52,614 bases of DNA, filler included, from Asterionella formosa (GCA_002256025.1; 4 parts of 4 records of this genome joined end to end with filler, not necessarily neighbours in it), one strand, 5' to 3'. Positions 1 to 13,194 are shown, counted from the first letter of the whole stretch. The notes: generated by a model from the sequence alone, not told the origin. Made by a program: numbers and translations.

Positions 1-51
1 AAAGAAGGAAAGATTGCTTTTGAAGAGCATGGAAACCCAAACAGTTCTTCA

Positions 52-1344
52 TTGCGGATGAAGACTCTATTTCTACAGAGTCACAGTTCCATTCAGTGTC
101 GTATTTTGCTCCTCATTCTCCTGAAATCGCTGATAATGAAGAAGAACTCAGTGATTCTCATTCATTTGATGAACAAAATCATGCGAGGAATGAAAATATC
201 AGCGGAAATGTGGCAGACATCACTTCAGAAATAGAAATTGTTGAAATGTTGCAAAACCAAGAAATATGTCTCACTATCCGTCCAGAACATCAAGATGAAC
301 ATCATGAAAGCAGAGAAACTATTGCATTTCTAAAAGAACCGATATTCAAGAAAAAGTCTGAGCTAGATCAAGACCTCGAATTCAAGTAGATCAATGCAGA
401 CAGAGATGTGATACTGGATAAGGCAGTTGATGCTCTGAGTCAGGAACGAAGTCAGAAACACAAAATTGAATATTTTTCCAAATCATGCATGGAAGAAAAA
501 GAATTTCTTTGTAAAATCATTGAAAACAATCCAGAATGCAGCTAGCTACTTTTGTGAAGAGTCGGCATGTGAAATGTGTAGAGTTATTATGCCAAAGCAA
601 ATGGCATTTTCCTTGAGTTTGCCAAAGTCGCATGGACAACTAAAATTGTGGAAAGAATTGTACACTCGTATCCCGCAAGATATATGCAATTACGCCTCTA
701 TATTTTATGGAGTCAAAGGTATCAAAAAATCATCTTCAGATTTTAAAGATCTTGCATATTGGGACCTGAAACAATTACCTTGCTCTTTGATCCATTATAT
801 AATTCATGAACTTCATCCAAGTGATGTAAAGGGTATATTTGATCTGGATGAGAACCCAGAAAAGGGTAATAACAATCCATAAATATACCAAGGTGATTGT
901 CATCCACTTCATCACGAAAGTAACTATGTGCTAATTGTGTATTGTAAAAGATCAGATGAGGATGTAAACAATCAATTTGTGCATTATCTTTTTGCCATAA
1001 ATGATGGATTATGTCAAGTCCGTGACCCAGGAAAAGATGCAAGTGTGGATGAACATTATGGTCAAGTATTTCACCTTGCCCGTAAGTACTGCATCATCCC
1101 CCGATGCAGAAAAGAATTGGAATTGTTATGCACCGATACAGGATATCTTCCACAAGAATCCCATATACCTGAAGAAATTGGGTTCTCGGAATCCATCTAT
1201 ACTGGCACCAAAGCACCATTGCAGATCAGTATGGCCACTGAACATGATTCCATGTTATTTCAACCAGAAGATGACAGTAGATGGTCATATGGACCTTTTA
1301 CAATTGTGAAAGTTTTGGAAACTCTATTGCAATTAGAAAGGTAA
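52..1344 (+). pseudogene. Fragmented ORF series (96-389, 466-882, 928-1344) of unknown family, probably a decayed repeat-borne gene
   Basis: Three consecutive same-strand ORFs with protein-like composition, separated by stops or frameshifts. No recognisable domain. Confidence 0.35.
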
Positions 1345-3525
1345 GGAATGGCAAAACCAAATTTCTTGGCAAACATTGCACATTTCCGTATGGAGACTGA
1401 ATCCTGGAAAGTTTTAAAACGTCAGGTGGTTTAATAAGTACTAAGTATGCATTGGATTCTATTAGATCCATTAAAAATCATCATCGTCATCAATGTCCTG
1501 TTGATTAATGCGGTAATTGTAATCAGGTGAGAGTAGCAATTCCACTAGGAATCCTTCCATTTTCAGATCGATTCTTTTGTGAAAGTCCAGTGTAGATTTC
1601 CTTATAATAAACGAGTAAATCATCAGTACATTGATCAGTGAGACCATTTGAAACTGAACTTTCTTCCCTCACACTTTTTTATAAGTGGTTTCCCACCAAT
1701 GTCGACAAAATTGGTAGAATGACGAATATCGTTCTCTGAAATTTCATGGGTATCTGGATTGAAACCCAAATATTTTTGTTGCAATCGGAATTTTCCTTTC
1801 AGCACCAAAAGGCAAAATGCTTCTGTACTGGCATTGATCAGCGAACCAACAGAACGTGTTTGCAATTCACACTGTGCCCATAGACTGAGTTAAAATTTGG
1901 CTTAGTCACACCAGATTTGTCTCCTGTTAAAAATGGTTCTGCACGGCTTGTCCTGTCTATAAAATACACCGGAGCAAGAACATCACGCCAGACTTTTCTT
2001 GGTATCCATGGCTGGCTTCCCCTGTCAATATCCTTTGACTGCGCAAAACGATAAAGCGTCAACCACGCCCACCTAATAAAGTCATCAATATCCATAGCAT
2101 GGAAGTTAGCTAAATGCTTCTGTACTGGCATTGATCAGCGAACCAACAAAACGTGTTTGCAATTCACACTGTGCCCGAAGACTGAGTTGAAATTTGGTCA
2201 CACCAGATTTGTCTCCTGTTAAAAATGGTTCTCCACAGCTTGTCCTGCCTATAAAATACACGGGAGCAAGAACATCACGCCAGACTTTGTATCCATGGCT
2301 TCCCCTGTCAATGTCCTTTGACTGCGCAAAACGATAAAGCGTCAACGCCAACCTAATAAAGTCATCAATATTCATAGTCTGGAAGTTATATTCCGTTAGA
2401 CCAGCTGGTGTGTCATGAATTATGTTAGCATTTTTAAATTGAAACATATTTGATAAGAATATAATCACCGACTCAAAACATCATGATTTCGGAGCATCTC
2501 CCTGCAAGAACGTACCTAAGATTCCTTTAAATTGATTATTCAATACATTCTGACATTCTCCCGCTCAATTTTTTAATGCTCATGCCACCAAATGTTGATT
2601 TGATGTAATCTAAACATGCCTTGTTGGTACGTTCAATGGTCTGATTCATTGGAAGTATTGCATCAGAACCATTCCATATGAAATCGGCAAGCTCTGGGTC
2701 ACTCTCCACTTCTTTGCCTACCTAAATCCGGTTTCACTGTGTATAGCCAAGTTAGGCAACATTTGGCAAACCAATCCTGTTTGTGATTGGAAATGCCTTT
2801 CATACTACTTGGACCAGATAGGGCGGGATGTTTGATTCTCTTTGGGGACCAGAAAAAGCACATTATATTGATATTCTGTTTTACAGTACCTGCAATTCAC
2901 GAACTATAACATCTAACTTACATGTTCACAGCAAAACTTGGTCTTGAAAATAAGCATCTCAACCTTTGTGACAATTGATGGTTCAATTTTAGCTAAGCGA
3001 GAATGACGTTCTGATAAGGCTGCTGAAATTGAAGAGTATTGATAACCTCGTATGGACGAGTTTTGAACCGAATTACGACCTTTGTAGTGATTGAGTTCAT
3101 TGACCAATTGAGAATATCCTTTGGCAAGTGCAAAATGTTTTTCCCTCAGATTTTCATGCACTTGTTGGTCCGTGCGATTAGAAAATTTATGATATGGTAT
3201 CATGTCGTCCATTTGCATCCGGGAGTTATTAATGGCATCATCGATAGGAGCCAATTTTCTTGTATCAATAACTAGAAGTAGAAACGTCATCATCGCGGTC
3301 TGTATCAATTACGGGATCCTTTGTACTAGTAGCTGATGGTTTCCCCATCGACGATGGGTTATTACCCCCAACATCTTTCAATCGCCGATTGGGTTGCTTT
3401 GGATAATTGCCTATTCGCTTTTTCTTTGTTAAATCATTTTGGAACTGGCTTCTTTGTTCCATACCGGCAGTATTTGCCACATGTCGCTTGTTTCCATGAA
3501 CCTCTTTATGGTTTCCTGAAGACAT
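1342..3525 (-). pseudogene. Degenerate ORF remnants of an unclassified repeat family
   Basis: Minus-strand ORF pieces 1635-1865, 1838-2131, 2106-2468, 2913-3308 and 3265-3525. 1342-1425 is homologous to 32945-33028, and ~2855-3205 is homologous to ~35745-36180, so the sequence is multicopy. Confidence 0.5.
1816..2388. repeat. ~297-bp tandem duplication
   Basis: AATGCTTCTGTACTGGCATTGATCAGCGAACCAACA... starts at ~1816 and ~2113. The duplicated peptide LTLYRFAQSKDIDRGS..VWRDVLAPVYFI appears in two ORFs. Confidence 0.9.
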
Positions 3526-3744
3526 TGTACTACTTGATAACTGTTGTCGTTGTCTTCCTTAAAATTCGATGATCTTAAATTCAGGTGTTGCTAGTTACAA
3601 TGAAATGAATCATCAACCACTACAAATAATATTTTACGCTGTCTACATATGATGATACCATAAGACCAACAGTGCTGTTTACATTATCATATACAAAATC
3701 AGAACCGAGTTTGAGTAATAGCATATCTTGTTTTCAATTATATG

Positions 3745-4075
3745 ATTATACAATCCTGATACTATGATGCTTTAATGTCCCACGGTAGTAGCAACAGTTT
3801 TTTTTCTTATTACTCCGAATATCGTTTTTTAGTTTTATGATCATATCGTTTTTTAGTTTTATGATCATACAATCCTAAAACTCTGATGATTTACTGTCCC
3901 CCTGCAGTAGCAGCAGTCATGAACATATGGTGTTCTGTTGCTCGCTTATTACGCCGACTATTGTTTTTAGTTTTACGATCATATGATCCTAAAACTATGA
4001 TGATTTACTGTCCCACTGCAGTAGCAACAGTCTTGAACATATAGTGTTCTGTTGCTTGTTTACTACTCCGACTAC
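3745..4075. repeat. ~118-bp minisatellite, about 3 copies
   Basis: ATCCTRAWACTMTGATG..TTTA.TGTCCC..(C/G)(A/G)GTAGCARCAGT recurs at ~3750, ~3870 and ~3985. Confidence 0.8.
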
Positions 4076-4289
4076 CCCCAGTATATCACTTACTACCTGC
4101 TACTGGTACTCTGTGTATATATATAATAACATGTTATTGTCATATGATGTACCGGTACACATGAAGAACTCCCGCCCAAAAAAGGGGCTTAAACAATTTG
4201 CTACCAAAACCCTTGCGCTTATGACTTACACCAATTGAATGGTCTAAATAATTAGTTTCAACGGATGTAGAAAATATCGATAGAAACAA

Positions 4290-5140
4290 ATTTCAGAAAC
4301 AATACCGGTACACGTAGTCGTGGAAAACAATGAACATATAGTGCATTGAATATTTTCAAATTATGTATATGCGAGTTTGATCATCTCAACCATATCAGAT
4401 GTTCCTTATCGAGAGCGCCTTTGAATTTTATAAACGTATAAGACTTGATATATATATATATATATATTTACAAATTTTATTACTATATTCATGGCATATA
4501 TATTTTTGAAATCGTTCTGTCATGTTAACAAACAATGCCTGCTGCTTCACGAAAAGATACGTCATAGTAAAGCACATGACAAGAAAGTAAAGTTTACGCA
4601 ATACATAACGAAAAACATTGTGGCTTCGACACATTGCGCATTCGAAGGATGGAGAATGTTTAAGGTAATGAAGCCATCAATGTGGTACTTGGATGACAAT
4701 CGTTGGGAGGCAGGCAGCACAACAACAAATTGTTAACTAAACGCACATTTCCTTTTTTCTCAGTTGATTCAACAGCTCGTTTCATGTTTAAGATAGATAT
4801 ACGATGAAACAATTCAAATGATAGCATAGAGTTGAGCTGATTTTAGGATGCGTTGTAGTTATAATTTACATCGGGCGATCACGAGAAGTGAAAATTATAT
4901 GAGAAGGTTTATGATATTAATGAGAAATGTTGTTGATCAGTTTATATACATTGTGTGATGATAATTTTCTTGTTATCATTATACTTCAAGGTTGGTAAAA
5001 TATTAATAAATCATCATAGTTACAAGATACCTTGATCATATTTTTGATCCAAAAATTATCATATATACGAAAATCCTGTGCCACTTAGCGTACGATACCC
5101 GTGATTGTATATGCATGATACTTTTTATTTGCAGATGCAA
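4290..5140. repeat. Dispersed non-coding repeat associated with the Tc1/pogo-like remnants
   Basis: 4744-4781 matches 31242-31281. ~4790-5135 matches ~31925-32285. The 3' end (AAAATCCTGTGCCA...TTTTTATTTGCAGA) also occurs at ~23895-23965. 4316-4365 resembles 22637-22690. Confidence 0.75.
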
Positions 5141-5182
5141 CTTTCCGGTGAGAAGAGAGGGGGATGAGTAAAAACGAAAATA

Positions 5183-5949
5183 GTGCTGCAATTGAGACCA
5201 CGCAACTTCCTCCAGCACCAGGCGCTAATGGTCGTCCCAATCACAGCACCATGGCATTTTCAAGAAACAACCAGCAACGTATTCAATGAGCAACCAACAA
5301 AGTACAACACACTTCTTCATGATGAAATACAGCTGACAGCAGTTTCAGCAACCTTGACAGAATCGAATGCCGCTATCTCGACCATCACACCAGCAGGACT
5401 GAATCTAAAGGAAGGTATCACCAGCACCCTTCTTGACAAAGTTATTGAATTCAGAAACAAAGAGGATTCAAGGAATGGCATCAAGCTTGATCAGATGGCT
5501 CACCAACGGAAGTAGTTGGCGCTATGGGCAATCACGCAAAATAGAAGGTATACAGCATGAGTACTTGTGGCGGCTGGACGCTTTAACATGGGAACGGAAG
5601 CAGGAGGATATGACTAGGATGAAAAGAAGAGCAGAGGAGAAGGAGAGTGAGAAAGCAAATAAGAAAGTTATGTATTACACCGCAGCATTGAACAAGGTAC
5701 AAGCAATCAGAGCGCTTAATGAACAGGAACACGAATGGATGGTGGCGCAAACAAAAACAATGGTGTCTTGTCACAAACGAATTGGCAATGCGCCATTACC
5801 GACAACAAAACATCTACTGCTTACTTACCAGATATATTGATACGATGGGACGTGGCGATGCACCAGACCAAGTTGCCGGAGCTATATTGCAACCAGCAGC
5901 CTCAGCTGAAGAGGATGACGAGGATGAAGTCGTGGTGACAGAAGATTGA
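5183..5949 (+). mobile_element. Degenerate C-terminal part of a Tc1/pogo-like transposase-associated ORF
   Basis: EWMVAQTKTMVSCHKRIGNAPLPTTK..LL.RY.DT resembles QMSVAELKLFVRWDKQSGDLPVPQTRQALITRFDDT (30159-30464, minus) and the copy at ~15190-15660. Frameshifts are present. Confidence 0.5.
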
Positions 5950-6318
5950 TTTTTGTGTTCTGCACATTTTATCGACGTCAGTTGACGCAAGAAATCGGAG
6001 AAAATATGGAAAACGAGGTAATATTTTCTAATCGTTTACCATTAAAAAATATTTATACATGACGAAAAATATATGAATGGCTTAAGACCTCTAAAATGCA
6101 AAATGAACGACTTAAAAAGTTCGATATTATAAGATATACTTCCAATCGTTAAAATGATTCATTTATCTAGTACTTGCATGTACCAGTCGACCTCTATTTA
6201 AAGGGTTTTAATTGAAGTCCGGTGAACATATTCTAATTTTAGTCCAAAAACGGGGTATAGTGGTCTTGAGCAGTTTTTGACTGGTACCATGTTTGAGTCT
6301 TCCGAGTCATTCCCCTCA

Positions 6319-6905
6319 TGTTTTACTGCCTGGGAACACAAAAAGTAGTCAGTCACACGTCGTAACTTAGTCACACTTATTACTAAACTCTACGAATATA
6401 CTTTTCAACGTAGTGAGAGAAGGTAGTACCTGGTACCAGGTACCAGGTACTGGTACCTAAAGGTTCCATGCTATGGATGTCTGACCGACTTCACGCAGGA
6501 GCTATCATGACTGAGGCGGGACGGGTAAACTACGAATACCTTCCATATACCATGTACTGATGTGAATCATGCTTAAAACTACCGGTATGTATCCGTTACG
6601 TTTTACTGCCTTGGAACACAGATACCGATAGTTAGTCTGTCACACATCGTCACTTAGTCACACTTTTTCCTAAACTCTACGAATATACTATTCAACATAG
6701 TGAGAGTACCAGGTACCGGTAGTACTAAACGTTTCCATACCATGCATGCCTGACCAATTTCACGTAGGAGTTATCATGACTGAGGCGGGACCGGTAACTA
6801 CGAACACCTTCCATATACCATATACGTATGTGAATCATGCTTAAAACTACCTGTATGAATCGGTAGAATCTTTATATTTTGTAGTTATCATGACAGAGGC
6901 GGGAC
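6319..6905. repeat. ~281-bp tandem duplication plus a partial third copy
   Basis: GTTTTACTGCCTKGGAACACA...TAAACTCTACGAATATACT...TATCATGACTGAGGCGGGAC...GTGAATCATGCTTAAAACTACC starts at ~6320 and ~6600. TATCATGACAGAGGCGGGAC recurs at ~6885. Confidence 0.9.
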
Positions 6906-6959
6906 TAGATAGAATCGTGTGTGTTCGGTGTCGACTAAATATACGCATAATTAATCAAT

Positions 6960-7055
6960 ATGGTCAACTTCGTAAGGATGGGTTCAGGTGTAACATGGGA
7001 GAAGGAAGAGGACAAGTTGCTTGCTTGGTCCTGGTTTGCAGCCAGTGAAGACTTA
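6960..7055 (+). mobile_element. Myb/SANT-like N-terminus of a PIF/Harbinger accessory protein (fragment)
   Basis: GVTWEKEEDKLLAWSWFAASED resembles the W...ED..L..AW...SED start of Harbinger Myb-like proteins. The similarity is lost right afterwards. Confidence 0.5.
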
Positions 7056-7840
7056 AGCATTAGGCCTGTTGTTAATGTTGGGGAGGAAGGCGTGGAGAAG
7101 GCAGTGGGAAAGGAAGTGGCAACTCAGATCGCAGGAGCAGGGATAGACGCAGGGGCAGAGGCGACCTCAGAAAATGATCATGACATCGCCCCTAGTTACA
7201 TTGTCATCGTCTTCATCATCCTCTGCCTCGTCATTGCCATTGCCATCTGCTTAAATCGTCGAAAGCGCTCTCTTCCACGTTGAATGGGATGAATACAAAC
7301 TGATGGTGGCATACAATTACTGTTGAGATATAATGCTGAACGGACTAAAGTGACTAAAAAGAAAAAGGACAAAGACATCTCCAATTGTTGATACATCATT
7401 AGGAGGTACTCTCAGCATCAGTTGAGATAGTACTAAGACGTCTTGTTAGATTAATTACCGGTAAGCAAGCAGAATGATGAATGAAAATATTGCCTTTATT
7501 GGGGTTATAGTTAAACCGTTAGTTGCATCCTTACATGTGGTACGTAGTATTTCTTATAATAAATCATCAGCCAATAGATAGGTCCTGCATAAAGTCAACA
7601 TGGTATGTGTGGGACCTACAAAGGACCCGGATAAATGATTTTGTGTGAGAACTTTTAACCTAACCCTAACCACAAAACCCGCCTGCCTCTCATTGGAGTC
7701 AAACCAACATGACACCGGCCTTGCTGGCGGGCGTGCTTGCTTGTTGTTGTCAACAACAGCTACTGGTTGTACCAGACACGTGATCTTTTGACAAGCTGGC
7801 TCTCTCCTAGCACCATAGACCTGAAGTTCACTCCACCATT

Positions 7841-8225
7841 CTACCTCCTTAGAGCCACAAAATGACAGTAGAAATTCTTGGCGCAACCCCAGGAATAAAC
7901 AATTTCTTCTCCTACAAATTCACAGTGATATTTTGGTGTTTGGTCAAACAAAGACTCCCATTTCCCTTCCAATTGACTGCAACAAGATCTCTGCCCTGTC
8001 TCTTGCTCAAAATCTAGACAGATTCCCATCAACGACTTCAAAGAAATTTCTTTTTGCAAAACTCAAAATGCATCTTGCTTTCCATTTAATGTATAGTACT
8101 AGCTCTCACTCCAATCTTGATTTGTCGATAAATCCAAGCTCCCAAAGTACCTGACAACATTTGCAGATATCCCATCGGTTTTGAATTGTTACAGGTTTTT
8201 CGTTCTTTCCATCAACATACTTTTA
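7841..8225 (-). mobile_element. IS630/Tc1-like DDE transposase catalytic C-terminal remnant
   Basis: Across frameshifts it reads QVLWELGFID...LLQSIGREMGVF..DQTPKYHCEFVGEEIVYSWGCAKNFY. This matches the PK.HCE..(G)E.IE.SWG.AK..Y motif of Tc1/IS630-type transposases. Confidence 0.7.
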
Positions 8226-8392
8226 TCCTTACTTCCTTCGTGCATATCGGAATCCTAGCTAGTTGAGTCATCCAGCAATTTCCGCTCCAACTATTGTCTT
8301 GCCATCGTCTGTAAATTAAAAACCGTTAGGTCAAACAGTTTTGCTGTAAGACACACTGCCCCAGAAATTATCAGTATGCTGTACCATTTTTT

Positions 8393-8485
8393 GATTGATC
8401 ATACAAAAAAACAGATTGATCATTCAGAATTACGGATTGATCATACAGAAATACTGATTGATCATACCAAAAACTGATTGATATC
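8393..8485. repeat. 21-bp-phased GATTGATCAT array (5 copies)
   Basis: Copies start at 8393, 8414, 8435, 8456 and 8476; the last is degenerate (GATTGATATC). Confidence 0.85.
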
Positions 8486-9691
8486 AACTAACGTTTTGGC
8501 GTTCGATCTAAAGATAGTAATCGTGAGATCAAATCAGTTATTCATTCGGTCTAACCTTTGGAATGCTTTAGCTTTCGATCTAACGTTCATTACTACTGAT
8601 ATAAATTATTTCTCTCATTGATCAAACCTATTATCATGTTTGATCAATGATGAACACAAATCGAATTAAATGGATTGCTATTTAACACTCAAATATTCTA
8701 CTTCTGGTGACCCATACTTTCCACTGTGCATCCTCTATCAGAATGATCACACAGTGGTCTTCAATACCTTAATTTTCACTTCCGGTAGCTATGTTTAGAT
8801 CATTGCCTATTCAAAATGAAATGAGAGAGTAAACGAAATTGATGATGTTTGCTTCATTCGAACCTCTACCATTGCGAATGGCAGCAAGTCACATTCTCCA
8901 ATGTCCTTGTACGACTTTCCTGTAAGAGATAATAACAACAATGTTAGCAAAACTGTTGCATCAAGAAAGCAAAGCATCTAAACGAAGCAAGATATGTGCA
9001 ACCAAACGATCACATGAACAATCCATCACTCCAATTTCCGTCCAATCAACATAACGAGCATCAAATGAGAGTATAGTAACTTACCTATGCTCTCACTGTT
9101 GATTGATGGGTGACAGGGTAGCGTTGCTTGTTATCCCTCACATCTGCATATATGGAAGGGAAAGATGTTATTGAAGTCGAAATCCTAATTAATGGACACA
9201 GACACTACAATGCCTCTGCAGCATTGTGTACAAAAATATTAAGTGCGGTTTCTTACCTCGTAATTAGGTTGATTTTTATCGTTCGTCCTGAGGAAGTGTA
9301 GAAACTTTGAGTGGCAGGCAGCAGCGCACATGAACAGCAATACAATTTTATAGTTTGCTTCCGGTCTCACACGGTACAACCGATCATAAGCCCCTTGGTA
9401 GCCACAGTTGAGAAGCAAAACAATCATATAACTTACCTCTTCCCACCGGTTGGTTTGATACCGGTAGAAGGCTCTCTATCACCATTCCCTCATCAGTTTG
9501 TTATATGGAATAGAATGCATTACTGGCATGAATTATTTAACAATAACTCAACATTTCCTCTTCTTCAAAAAGTGTGTATAACATTCATCTCTGTATGTCT
9601 AGTAACTTTTTCGAAGGAACATTTAATACCCTAGCTACCAGTATGTATGATTAGATAAAATATACAAGACTTAACAGGAATTCGAATACCC

Positions 9692-9862
9692 GGTACTGTG
9701 ATACTCTACCGATTACTACGCTGGTACTGTGAAACTGTAGTTTTGCCCTACCAGCATTCCCTTCTTCCCCTTGTCTCAATACCCTGTCGGAACATGACGT
9801 GGCTACTGTGAAACTGTACCTATTACTACGCTGGTACTGTGAAACTGTAGCTTTGCGCTACC
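9692..9862. repeat. Duplicated TACTGTGAAACTGTA/ATTACTACGCTGG module (4 core copies)
   Basis: A ~60-bp two-core unit occurs at ~9692 and ~9803. Confidence 0.75.
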
Positions 9863-10008
9863 AATCCAATGTCTTTTACTGAGTATGTCGGTGCTGCATT
9901 GCTTCCGATCCAGCACTTGCCCACTGTCTAATCCTATAGTTGACAGACCATTATCCCTTTCTGCTTCCTTGTTCTGTTACAGTCACGTTTTTCTTGACAA
10001 CTTGACAT

Positions 10009-10805
10009 TTGCACGCTATCGATAGTGCCATATATCACCTGTTATCTGAAATGGCAAACGCTCAAAGTGCTACAAGGAATGAAACGATCTTGGTTGTGAA
10101 GGGGATACCGATCACAGATTTTTCAATCAGGAAAAACGTGTTTCTATGGATTTTTTCATGTCTGTTCAAGAGACAACGGAAGAGTAAGGAACAACTCCTA
10201 CTGGTTAGATACTTTGATTATGATGACAAAGGCAAGGAGACCAGACTAGATGACAGTATCCTGGATTTTGTTCTCAACAACCTCTATGTGGTCCTAGAGT
10301 CTGGCTTGTTTAACAAAACATCATTTGGAACTTCAAGGAAATCTCGGAATCATATAGGACCAGCGATGACTTTATGGAAAACTCACTTTCCTCGAGATTT
10401 TAGACTACATCAGAAAGACAACAATATGCCACCAAATGCACCCATGAACTACATCCAGACTGGCAACCATGTCCTGTTTCAATATTTAAAACTCCTTACT
10501 GGATAAATGGGAAAAATCACTTCCCTCCTCAACCTGTTGTTTCTTTATTTACTTTCCCAATCACTCCTACAGTTTCGGAACTCTTTGGTGACAAGTCATA
10601 GACTGCTTCTTCCGGATTGGCAAACATGTCTGGAGTGGCCTTTAATTTACATTTTGCTTTTGCTTTGGAAGGGGGAGATTTTATATCAAGTCTATCAGAT
10701 TCGATAGACTCAATTAGACGATCTGAGGAACTTGATGGGCTTAGGCTGTCCTATATATGGCCTCTGATGTTGCCAATAAAGAGATTTCTTAAAACAATGG
10801 GATAG
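10009..10805 (+). pseudogene. Fragmented ORFs of unknown function
   Basis: A 165-aa ORF followed by overlapping short ORFs in other frames. No domain recognised. Confidence 0.3.
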
Positions 10806-12159
10806 TACAATGTTATAAAGCAAATTTACAATTGTTATTTCGAACTCCCAGCTATTCAAAGTTCATTTGATGCTACTATTTCCTGAATGAAATGAAGCTA
10901 CTTCCTGATTAGTGATAAGAATGGAAGACCCATGATTAAGGCCATGAGCAACAAACTGCGCCGGATCTGTTCCATCTTCACTTTGATCCACATCTCATAT
11001 TGAAGAAAAGATTCGAAATACGGATCGATGTTCGAAATGGGCGAATTATGATCAAAAGGTATTATCTTCTTGATTTCGGTTGGATTTGGAATCGGGTATG
11101 GCCTTCAATGCATCGTTCTCTAATCCTGTCATATAAATTGACTAAAGCTTTTGATTTCGAGTAACAAACAAACAATTAAGCTTTGCCAGCATAATTCCCC
11201 ATCAATATCAAGACCCTAGTATCATTCTTCATAAGACTGAGATCATTGTCGTCGCCGCAAGAAGGTGTTTCATAAGGGATTGTTCAACAAACGCACATGG
11301 CATGTAAGAAATTCGATTACTGATATGTGAATGGAGAGATAATGACGAATACTACCGGTACAAGAATTGGATCAAAGCATAAACCGGTAGAGCATTCAAA
11401 TCGGAATGGCAACAAGGAACGCACCATTGTTGCACAGAATTCATTCTAATAGGATCGTTGTTGGGTACAAGGTTTACATACATGCAAGGTGATCTGTGTA
11501 AAGTCATAACCTTGTTTGATAAAACAATAATTGATCAAAGAGGAACAGCTATTGATCAATCAAACAAGCTATCAATATATCAAAACATTTGATTAGCAGA
11601 TTAGTTTTGATAACTATTATATATATATGACTTCTATCTATGCGTAAACTGATGTGTGTAAGCAAATAATCTGACAAAAAATTTGATTGACCACACCGAC
11701 ACGGTCATTGATACATCAAAAATATCATCAACATAACACAACATTTGATCAATATATCAACAATTTTGTTTAAAAGGTTCCTGCATTTGAACCCCTAGGC
11801 AAAAATTAAAATATTGCTTAGGGTTGCCGAAATTCCCTGGAACTAAGAATTTCATGTGCTAATTTGAATATCAATGATTCAGTTTGAAATATTCAAATGT
11901 GTGGAAATTTGCGCGTACGTGTATAGATTCCATTTCAAATGCATTAAATATGTATAAATAGATTCTACATCGCTGAATGTTTTAAATTGCTTTTCTACCG
12001 ATAGTAACACCTACTCGTATCAACAAATATGTTTCACATTCACGACCCGGCGGCTCCGAAAATTATTTGAATGTGCATACTAACGGTAGTAACGTACTGG
12101 TAAGCGTGCACTACCTCGTACTATGACCAATGATGATCAGGTACCTGGTACCGGTAGGC

Positions 12160-12270
12160 CTACCCGGTACTCGGTATTCCTACTCTACCCGGTACTCGGT
12201 ATTCCTACTCCGTACAGATATGGTTTTCGCATAGGTCTACCCGGTACTCGGTATTCCTACTCCGTACGGA
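12160..12270. repeat. CTACCCGGTACTCGGTATTCCTACT direct repeat (3 copies)
   Basis: Copies at ~12160, ~12185 and ~12237. Confidence 0.85.
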
Positions 12271-12650
12271 TACCGGTATACGGGTAGGATCGGCCAACAC
12301 CCAAGAAAATGCTTCATGTGTATCCAGTGTGGCCGGCGTTGGATTGCAAGACCTCGCAAACCGTGCCAATCGATCGGATATAAGGATAGCCAATCAGAAT
12401 ATGATTAATACAGCGGCCAATTACATTGGAACTTTTTGTAGACGAGATTTTACGACTACAAATTTTAGCACAAGACTACCATTCCGATGATGACGTTTCG
12501 GCGAGTAGTGATTCTGATTCCGACGTTTTGGTGACCGTTGAAAAGGCCGATATCGTCGAATTTTTGGACGACGATAGCTCAACGTTGGCAGGGTTTGAAG
12601 AAGAGTTAAGTACATAGGTGATCTTCATATAGCCCCAGAAGTTAACTTTC

Positions 12651-12773
12651 GGCGAGAAACTGCAGAAAGGAACTTCGGTTTTTTTACTAGGCCAAATAAA
12701 CGAGTTAGCCCGGTAAAATCCACTATTTTCAGCATAGTTAAAAAACCGAAGTTCCTTTCTGCAGTTTCTCGCC
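12651..12773. mobile_element. 123-bp MITE-like palindromic element
   Basis: Perfect 34-bp TIR GGCGAGAAACTGCAGAAAGGAACTTCGGTTTTTT, extendable to ~42 bp with 2 mismatches, around a short spacer. No TSD seen. Confidence 0.75.
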
Positions 12774-12863
12774 AGATCCTATATCCTGACGATATATAGC
12801 GTTGACCTATACCCCTACTTTGATAAATGACTGTATTTTAGCATGTGGAAAGGGTGTGTATTG

Positions 12864-13094
12864 CATCTAAGACGCGAAATACGCCACTTTTCGAAATTTC
12901 GTCTACGTATGAGTGTTAATTATGTGGTACTTCACATGCATTAATGCCACTCTTCACGTAAAAAAGATTACTTTTAACGGTTTCATGTGAAGTTTTAACT
13001 GTTTCATGTGAAGTTTTCACAATGAATTTTGAACGCGAGACTGAATTAGTTGATGTTTCAAATAATTCATTTGACTTTTCGAAATTTCGTCTAC
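12864..13094. mobile_element. End of a long-TIR (foldback-like) DNA element, truncated by the contig end
   Basis: Begins CATCTAAGACGCGAAATACGCCAC. About 150 bp is near-perfectly reverse-complementary to 13195-13368, including 21-bp subterminal tandem repeats. Confidence 0.75.
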
Positions 13095-13194
13095 NNNNNN
13101 NNNNNNNNNNNNNNNNNNNNNNNNNNNNNNNNNNNNNNTTAATTAATTAANNNNNNNNNNNNNNNNNNNNNNNNNNNNNNNNNNNNNNNNNNNN
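13095..13194. other. Artificial contig linker
   Basis: 44 N + TTAATTAATTAA (stops in all six frames) + 44 N. Confidence 0.98.

Noticed and set aside
6960..7283. Single-pass membrane protein gene
   Set aside because: A Myb-like fragment joined to low-complexity sequence in TE debris; probably a chance fusion.
13139..13150. TTAATTAATTAA as a biological motif, and ORFs ending in ...LIN
   Set aside because: It is an assembly linker, and the apparent stops of ORFs 25638-26342, 26331-27200 and 39302-39499 fall in or at it.
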